Origin: a virus
Virus genome (UHGV): UHGV-1987395
Strand: one strand, 5' to 3'
Length of the DNA stretch: 13,355 nucleotides
The notes under the pieces were generated by a model. It searched no databases and was not told where the DNA came from. It saw only the letters and a list, made by a program, of their open reading frames with translations. How positions within the stretch are numbered: position 1 is the first letter of the stretch; each line of letters begins with the position of its first letter. A program made the position numbers and the translations under genes. This document shows positions 8,078 to 13,355 of this stretch, in pieces.

Positions 8078-8567
8078 TTGATCACCTGCGATTTAAATTA
8101 ACTCCCCTCAAAGAGTTCCGGTATAACCTCTCAAACCACGACAGGCTCGGGCCGAAAAGTTATGCCGGAAATCTAAAGGGAAATTGATACAAGGAGAGGG
8201 AGATAGCCCCGCACCGTAGCCAAGCGGGGGCTATTCCACATGGGGAAACCGACAACAGTCGGATGATAGTTCACAGTATGGTTACGGTTACTAGAGAGCA
8301 CTATCACGAAAGGCACTCCCCCGAATCAGTTCAGGCTGCGGTCACATCAGCGGGGAAATACCTTTCGGGATAGCTACCCACACAGAAAACCCGCAAAAGA
8401 AAACTGTGTGGATAACTAGCCCAATAGGAGAATTAATCGACCACTCAACGATGATCAGGGTAGTGTTATTTATAAGGCGGCACCGCTACCTGGTCGCCTT
8501 TACTTTGGAGGAAAATACGGCAAATCAAGATCTTCTCAAATGATATTGATTCCATACTATACTGTAT

Positions 8568-8596
8568 ATTATATCAGTATTTACTCACATTGTCAA
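8568..8596 (-). promoter_or_regulatory. consensus sigma70 promoter reading leftward toward the capsid operon
   Basis: On the minus strand: TTGACA (plus 8596-8591), 17-nt spacer, TATAAT (plus 8573-8568). Perfect match at both hexamers with optimal spacing. Confidence 0.6.
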
Positions 8597-8750
8597 CACC
8601 TTGATTATATAAATTCTAATAATTAGCGTAGTAACGGTATTTTCAGACCTCTATCAATCCCATCAATACGTCACCCCCACCCTTTAGATGCATACATCCG
8701 ACCTACTTTGTAGGCTTGGCGTACTGCCAAGGTCGCAGCTATGCGACTCC

Positions 8751-8783
8751 TATCTATCACCACTTTATAAAGCTTGATAGATA
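8751..8783. promoter_or_regulatory. dyad-symmetric operator-like site
   Basis: TATCTATCA (8751-8759) and TGATAGATA (8775-8783) are perfect inverted repeats, concentric with an inner perfect palindrome CTTTATAAAG (8763-8772); overlaps a candidate -35 TTGATA at 8774-8779. Confidence 0.4.
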
Positions 8784-8926
8784 TCTTTTGATCAATATCA
8801 ATGTTTTCCAGAGATTTACCCGGCTATAGTTCGAATCAAGGAAGGGGAGCATTGATAGAGACACCCAAAGGGGTGACTGAAAGTCACCTGGCATAGCCAG
8901 TGAAAGCACCCAACCGAACAAACAAA

Positions 8927-8944
8927 TCAACTTCTCGCAAAAGG
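8927..8944 (+). promoter_or_regulatory. conserved 5'-UTR motif, copy 1
   Basis: TCAACTTCTCGCAAAAGG ends 8 nt before ATG 8953; near-identical to the copy at 9446-9464. Confidence 0.4.
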
Positions 8945-8952
8945 TGATAGTT

Positions 8953-9075
8953 ATGGGTATCAAGAACAGTGCCAGCGCATGGCAAAAGGCCAGGTTTCAT
9001 CACCCACACATGGTCAAGGCAATTGAGGTGGTTGGAGTTTTAGCCCTGATGTTAGCTCTGTGTGTGGAGGTGTGA
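8953..9075 (+). CDS. possible small membrane peptide (40 aa)
   Basis: AAGGTGA SD; translation MGIKNSASAWQKARFHHPHMVKAIEVVGVLALMLALCVEV has a C-terminal hydrophobic helix; preceded by the conserved TCAACTTCTCGCAAA motif. Below the track cut-off. Confidence 0.25.
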   Translation: MGIKNSASAWQKARFHHPHMVKAIEVVGVLALMLALCVEV

Positions 9076-9076
9076 G

Positions 9077-9157
9077 ATGGGTAAAGGAGGCAAAGAATTT
9101 TTAATAGGTCTGGCAGTCTTAGATTTTGTATTAATCATCATTGAGCGGAGTTTATGA
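9077..9157 (+). CDS. possible small membrane peptide (26 aa)
   Basis: GGAGGTG SD 4 nt upstream; translation MGKGGKEFLIGLAVLDFVLIIIERSL; its stop overlaps the next start as ATGA. Confidence 0.2.
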   Translation: MGKGGKEFLIGLAVLDFVLIIIERSL

Positions 9158-9414
9158 CGGGAACTAAAGATATTAAGAGACTGAGGGAAGAGCTGATAGC
9201 TGAAATTAAAGCTAAGGCAAAGCAAATGGAGATAGCCGCACAAATGGATGTAGCGGAACAGATGTACAAGATGGTTGAGGAGGGAACGCCACGACAGGTT
9301 ATAGCAAAAACCTTCGGTGTGGGGATCGCCACCGTGCACAGAAGGCTGAAAGCCTATGCCGACTACCACAATATCGAGAGAAAGGAGGATGGGAGATTTA
9401 AGAAGAATAAATAG
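9154..9414 (+). CDS. small DNA-binding protein with resolvase/invertase-type HTH
   Basis: 86 aa; charged helical N-terminus; C-terminal GTPRQVIAKTFGVGIATVHRRLK resembles, from memory, the Hin/Gin C-terminal HTH (GHPRQQLAIIFGIGVSTLYRY); no recombinase catalytic domain. Confidence 0.5.
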   Translation: MTGTKDIKRLREELIAEIKAKAKQMEIAAQMDVAEQMYKMVEEGTPRQVIAKTFGVGIATVHRRLKAYADYHNIERKEDGRFKKNK

Positions 9415-9445
9415 TGTGAACAGTCCAATAGGTTATTAACTAAAT

Positions 9446-9464
9446 TCAACTTCTCGCAAAGGGG
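9446..9464 (+). promoter_or_regulatory. conserved 5'-UTR motif, copy 2
   Basis: TCAACTTCTCGCAAAGGGG ends 7 nt before ATG 9472; same motif as 8927-8944. Confidence 0.4.
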
Positions 9465-9471
9465 TACCACT

Positions 9472-10059
9472 ATGAACATTAAAACTATCATTGCAGCCAT
9501 CACCATTGCCTTTAGTGCCAACACTGCAGCTATTGATGTTAATTTATTTCAGAAGATGACTTGCGAAGATAAATTAGTTGCCATGGATAAGGGGCTAGAA
9601 GCCACGCATAATGGGGAACAGTTTCATTTCTCCTTGAAGAATCTTATCTTGCCCCTGGATTCTGCCGCACAGGTATATGCAACATTGGGTAAATTTGAGA
9701 AGCCGGAAATTGACCTGCAGGGCGTGAGAGCGAAGATCACCAAAAGAAATGAAAGCATTTGTGATATAGCGGTTACGGCCCTTATGACAGATGATGAAAA
9801 AACGATTATAGCTACATGCAAAGATAGCAACGACAACGAACGATTCTTTAAGATCACCCACAACAGGCCCGTTTCTTTCTACTCTAATGCCACAATGGGC
9901 GCGGGTATGCAGTGGCTGAAGAGAGCTAAAGTAACTGAGGTTAATGCTGATGACGATTTATCCTATGAATACGGTTTTATTTCCAATTATATGGCGTGGC
10001 ACCTGAAAAAATGCGGCATCAATGGTCAGGCATACGACAATGGATTTTGGTTTTTCTAA
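9472..10059 (+). CDS. secreted/periplasmic protein of unknown function
   Basis: N-terminal signal peptide MNIKTIIAAITIAFSANTAA with an AxA-like cleavage site; AGGGG SD; followed by an intrinsic terminator at 10081-10106; ends in aromatic FWFF. Confidence 0.55.
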   Translation: MNIKTIIAAITIAFSANTAAIDVNLFQKMTCEDKLVAMDKGLEATHNGEQFHFSLKNLILPLDSAAQVYATLGKFEKPEIDLQGVRAKITKRNESICDIAVTALMTDDEKTIIATCKDSNDNERFFKITHNRPVSFYSNATMGAGMQWLKRAKVTEVNADDDLSYEYGFISNYMAWHLKKCGINGQAYDNGFWFF

Positions 10060-10080
10060 CCTATTAAGTTAATCCCACCT

Positions 10081-10106
10081 GGGGGCCATCACGGCCCCTT
10101 TTTATT
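10081..10106 (+). terminator. intrinsic terminator after the secreted-protein gene
   Basis: GGGGCC (10082-10087), loop ATCAC, GGCCCC (10093-10098), then TTTTTATTT. Confidence 0.65.
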
Positions 10107-10108
10107 TA

Positions 10109-10164
10109 TCCCCTATTTAACCCCTATTTAATGGGTATTTAATGCCTATTTATTGATTTAATGG
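10109..10164. repeat. five tandem copies of an 11-bp unit (consensus about CCCTATTTAA)
   Basis: TCCCCTATTTAA / CCCCTATTTAA / TGGGTATTTAA / TGCCTATTTAT / TGATTTAATGG in direct succession immediately after the terminator; 11-bp period is about one helical turn. Confidence 0.55.
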
Positions 10165-11566
10165 TTTTGGGCATTGTTGACAGTGTAAGAGAGAGGATGT
10201 AACCCTTTTTTGTAATACTAATAAAATCAATAGCTTAGCTCAATTGGCCTTTTCTCTGTTTTTGTCAAATTTAACATACCCTAAAAAACTGCAAAATCTG
10301 GCTGCAAGATTATCTGCAGCTGGATTTCTTACACCTCATTTTGTGGTATCACCCTGACTAGTTTGTGCATAAAATGAACAGTTTTTAACATTTCCTCTTC
10401 ACCTGGTAACCACACAAAAAGCTAAAAACGAGGCACAGATAATCTTAGAGGCCTGTTTTCTTGTTATCACTCTAGAAACGTCGTAGAGATGATTTTAATG
10501 AAAGATGACCTACCCTATTACACCCCTATTTTTTGTTATCACAATTGCATCCTGTGCGGTGTATGGCTATGTGCTGAAAGCGGTCTTATGTGTGGGTGTC
10601 AGAAATATCCATTAGCGGTATTAATACCCGTCGGAGATTCGTCTGAGGTGCCAGGCAGGCGCTCCCCCACCTCCCTTTTTTCTTCTAACAATTCTCAAAT
10701 ATCACACCACTGCCGACCACGTTACTACTCTGTTAATTCTTAAGCTTTGCTGTATGTTGTGCACATTATTTATTCAGGTGGCTGTACGTAAATTCTGTGC
10801 CCACTGATCATGATTTTTAAATCAGATTTTGTAGTTCGCTTTATTAGTGTAGATAAGATCTATTATGTTAAATGCAATTTTCCCAACCCTTCAAATCAAT
10901 GACTTACATGTAAGTATGCACTAACACCCCACACAGCACATTAGACGTATAGATGGCTATATCCCACATTTTTGATTGTTTTGTAGTCATTCCCCTGATC
11001 ATTTAACCAGTATAGTTTGTTCTCTGTAGACCACAAAATCGGAATTTACATCTGATTAACATAATCTGTTAGCATGATCACTATTACCCACACAACAATA
11101 ACCCCATGCAAGCCTCTTTAGGCAATTTATCGGCGTGTTGGTGTGAACAGTCTTTCATGTTCTTTATGAATTCATGACTGCAAGGAATGTATTCATTGTC
11201 CTGTGTGGGGGAAGGATGGACTGCCCCAGGGGCCATAGTTATGACACCCGGTCAACATAACTGTCGATAAAATCAACGGGTGTTGGTATGCATATTTCCC
11301 ACACATGAGAGAAAATCAAAGCAAAGAGAGAGGAGAGAGGTTTGCTAGTCAAAATAGGTCAATTGACGGCTAATACAGAGTAAAAAATCAGATGCAATCA
11401 CTCCCCCACCTGTTGGGATTTCCTACAACCCCTTTCAGTCATACTCAGGCACCACACCCCGGTAAATATTACCGCACTAACCTGTAAAGAATTTTCACAC
11501 CTGTGTGTTTATACAGTCATACTCTCCTGTTTTGCAGTCATTGCACCCATGATACACAGCCCCTAA

Positions 11567-11676
11567 CCTGTCAAAATATTTTACTACTTAGCCACTATAG
11601 CTATGCATACCTGTAAAATATTTTTACTACTACCTGTCAAAATACTTTACTACTACCTGTAAAAATATTTGACACT
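11567..11676. repeat. iteron-like 22-bp direct repeats (four copies, plus a degenerate copy at 11481-11500)
   Basis: CCTGTCAAAATATTTTACTACT (11567-11588), CCTGTAAAATATTTTTACTACT (11610-11631), CCTGTCAAAATACTTTACTACT (11633-11654), CCTGTAAAAATATTTGACACT (11656-11676); the last three are spaced 23 bp start to start. Confidence 0.6.
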
Positions 11677-11789
11677 AATAGATAAAGTAATAGACCACAC
11701 AAGATCCCCCCTAACCCCCCAGGGGGAATGGGGAGGGATCAGAGAGTGGGGAAGGTTTTCTAAGGGAAAAGCTTAACCCACAAATGAAA

Positions 11790-11818
11790 GCCTAAAGAGC
11801 ATTAGCGACTCTTTAGGC
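11790..11818. repeat. perfect 10-bp inverted repeat (hairpin or operator)
   Basis: GCCTAAAGAG (11790-11799), 9-nt spacer, CTCTTTAGGC (11809-11818); the half-site CTCTTTAGGCAAT recurs at 11114-11126. Confidence 0.5.
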
Positions 11819-12258
11819 AATATGTGTGTGGGTCACTCTGTGACTTTAGCTATACAGCTAAACCGACTACGTCGGCCTGTGTGTGGGGGTGACAATGTAT
11901 TCCATACATGACACGTCACCCAATTGTGTGTGGTCCGGCGAATGCGTCAGCATGAGGCCCACATGTGGACCGCTGCCGAAAGCTTGCCAGCGCCGGAAGG
12001 AGGCAGCAAAGAGTCTCCCGCGCGGGTGCACGCACACACATACAAAGGATACACTCATAAATCGAAAATAAGCCACCTAAATGGCCTTCTGGCTGCATTA
12101 ACTAGTGTGAGTAGTGCAATTGCATTACCTGACCTCTAAATCGCGTTAGAATCGATTTTAGAGCGCTTAAGGCAAAAAGTGCCCTCCCTTGTGGGCTTGC
12201 TTGTGTCTGCTGTGCAGGCTATGGCACCTATAGCACACCTAAATGATAATAATTCTCA

Positions 12259-12277
12259 TTGACAATTGGTTGACAAT
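12259..12277. promoter_or_regulatory. tandem TTGACAAT boxes (candidate operator or overlapping -35 elements)
   Basis: TTGACAAT at 12259-12266 and 12270-12277, 11 bp apart; a third copy at 12449-12456 forms the -35 of the downstream promoter. Confidence 0.4.
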
Positions 12278-12448
12278 GTGATAAGATTATAAATAGGGGG
12301 AGAAACAGATCCGGAGGTCAATGTGGAAATTACTGATGCAATAGCGATCATCAACCTGGCTGTACTGTGGTGCGGTGTTGCCTACATAGCCGGAGTAACT
12401 GCAATCGACAATCTTGAAGAAAAAATGATAGATAAATACAAAAAGATT

Positions 12449-12477
12449 GTTGACAATTTGACGAATGTCTGATAAAA
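12449..12477 (+). promoter_or_regulatory. sigma70-like promoter upstream of the 71-aa gene
   Basis: TTGACA (12449-12454), 17-nt spacer, TAAAAT (12472-12477). Confidence 0.5.
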
Positions 12478-12605
12478 TATAAAGCATAGGGTAATTCTCA
12501 TCATAGTGAATTTCCTTTAGTAGACTGGCGGGGGCTTGTCTTAAGTTCCCGTTTCTTTTTAATCATATATCGCACAGGTTAGTGAGCTAACAGGAGGCTT
12601 ATACT

Positions 12606-12821
12606 ATGGCTAAAACCGGACCGATCAGCCAGTTGGTAAACTGGACTACTGACGAAATCGTCGAGAACGTACTTAAGGGGAACTTCCGCAAAACTTCCGT
12701 TTATGCATTCATTCGTAAACATAAAGGAGAATATCCACACATTGAAGAAGCAATTTTAAAACTAAATTGCATTCGCCTTGAGCGGGAACTGGCTAAATAC
12801 ACCAATAACATTAATAAATAA
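12606..12821 (+). CDS. hypothetical small protein (71 aa), possible DNA-binding regulator
   Basis: AGGAGG 8 nt upstream of ATG; lies about 130 nt downstream of a consensus-like promoter; no family recognised. Confidence 0.45.
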   Translation: MAKTGPISQLVNWTTDEIVENVLKGNFRKTSVYAFIRKHKGEYPHIEEAILKLNCIRLERELAKYTNNINK

Positions 12822-12835
12822 TTATGGGGGAATTA

Positions 12836-13355
12836 TGGCAAGTAATTACGGGGAAAATTTTACTCCCCTTTTTAAACGTTTCATCAAATACATTTTTAAA
12901 AATCCGATTGCAAAAACTACAACCAATAAAGAAAGATTTCACTTAAACTTGTTGGAAATGACAATTTACGGTGAGATGGCAAGTTTTAATGCTGCAGGTT
13001 GTGAAATATTTATCTCTGAACAGAGATTAGCAGACGATTATGATGTTTCAAGACCGACAGTTATTAACTCGATTAAATCTCTAGAAAATGCCGGGCTTAT
13101 TTCAATAGTTAAAAGTAAAGGCAAATCTAATCATTACAAACTGCTAATTACCCCTGATCAGCTTGGCAAGATGTGTGATGAGCAGGGTATTAAAACCTCC
13201 GACAGTGTGGGATCTAGTAAAGAGGCCCCCGATAATCAACAGGAAGCCCCAAAACAAGCCACACAGCAAGCTAAAAAGGCCGAGGTGGTGCAATTGCCTA
13301 CCCAACCTAAGAACGAGCGCAGAGAGCGCTTTAGAGACGCTGGCAAACGTGAGAA
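12836..13355 (+). CDS. winged-HTH DNA-binding protein, putative replication initiator or regulator (3'-truncated)
   Basis: Open from ATG 12836 to the window end; segment ISEQRLADDYDVSRPTVINSIKSLENAGLISIVKSKGKSNHYKLL is a classic winged-HTH; followed by a low-complexity Q/K/A/E-rich linker. Confidence 0.5.

Noticed and set aside
6248-8081. ORFs 6248..6466(+), 6340..6561(+), 6348..6566(-), 6657..6920(+), 6842..7066(+), 7597..7782(+) and 7833..8081(+)
   Set aside because: Alternate-frame or opposite-strand ORFs over the capsid-operon genes; no start-site signals.
8826-8837. tRNA T-loop-like GTTCGAATC
   Set aside because: Flanking bases cannot form a T-stem, and no acceptor or anticodon arms can be drawn.
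8757-8963. 68-aa minus-strand ORF 8757..8963
   Set aside because: No RBS; spans the dyad operator and promoter region of the plus-strand small operon; likely a chance ORF.
9052-9863. Minus-strand ORFs 9052..9369, 9138..9332, 9595..9861 and 9624..9863
   Set aside because: Antisense to the SD-supported plus-strand genes 9154..9414 and 9472..10059.
10489-10743. 84-aa ORF 10489..10743
   Set aside because: No convincing SD and an implausible Cys-rich composition with no secondary-structure-like periodicity.
11567-11676. Possible CRISPR array from the 22-bp repeats
   Set aside because: Repeats abut at 23-bp spacing with no unique spacers of about 30 bp, no leader and no cas genes; iteron-like instead.
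11867-12139. Four overlapping ORFs (11867..12076-, 11883..12071+, 11916..12098-, 11924..12139+)
   Set aside because: Several frames open across the same GC-rich patch indicates low stop-codon frequency from composition, not coding.
12287-12487. 66-aa minus-strand ORF 12287..12487
   Set aside because: Overlaps the promoter and operator elements and the better-supported plus-strand small ORF; no RBS.

Overview
The window reads as an accessory mobile-element region (phage, phage-plasmid or satellite-like) from a moderately AT-rich Gram-negative host, with an unusual layout. All protein-family calls are from reading the translations by eye and from memory of family motifs; no searches were run. 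A plus-strand operon (632-4404) encodes a putative HTH activator, small unknown proteins and a 706-aa tail tape measure protein. It converges on a minus-strand capsid operon (8077-4958) encoding a decoration-like protein, an E-family-like major capsid protein and three unknowns. No portal, protease, terminase, tail tube or integrase is visible in the window. The two operons are separated by a structured 550-bp spacer. Upstream of the capsid operon lies a consensus sigma70 promoter followed by a 480-nt ORF-free leader. The right half holds a small operon of two tiny hydrophobic peptides and a resolvase-type HTH protein, a secreted protein, and a 2.5-kb ORF-poor region rich in repeats (11-bp tandem repeats, 22-bp iterons, perfect hairpins, TGTGTGTGG copies). 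It ends with a promoter, a 71-aa protein and a winged-HTH replication/regulator-like gene running off the window. The most notable things are the stripped-down capsid module with its long leader and the large repeat-rich noncoding block.
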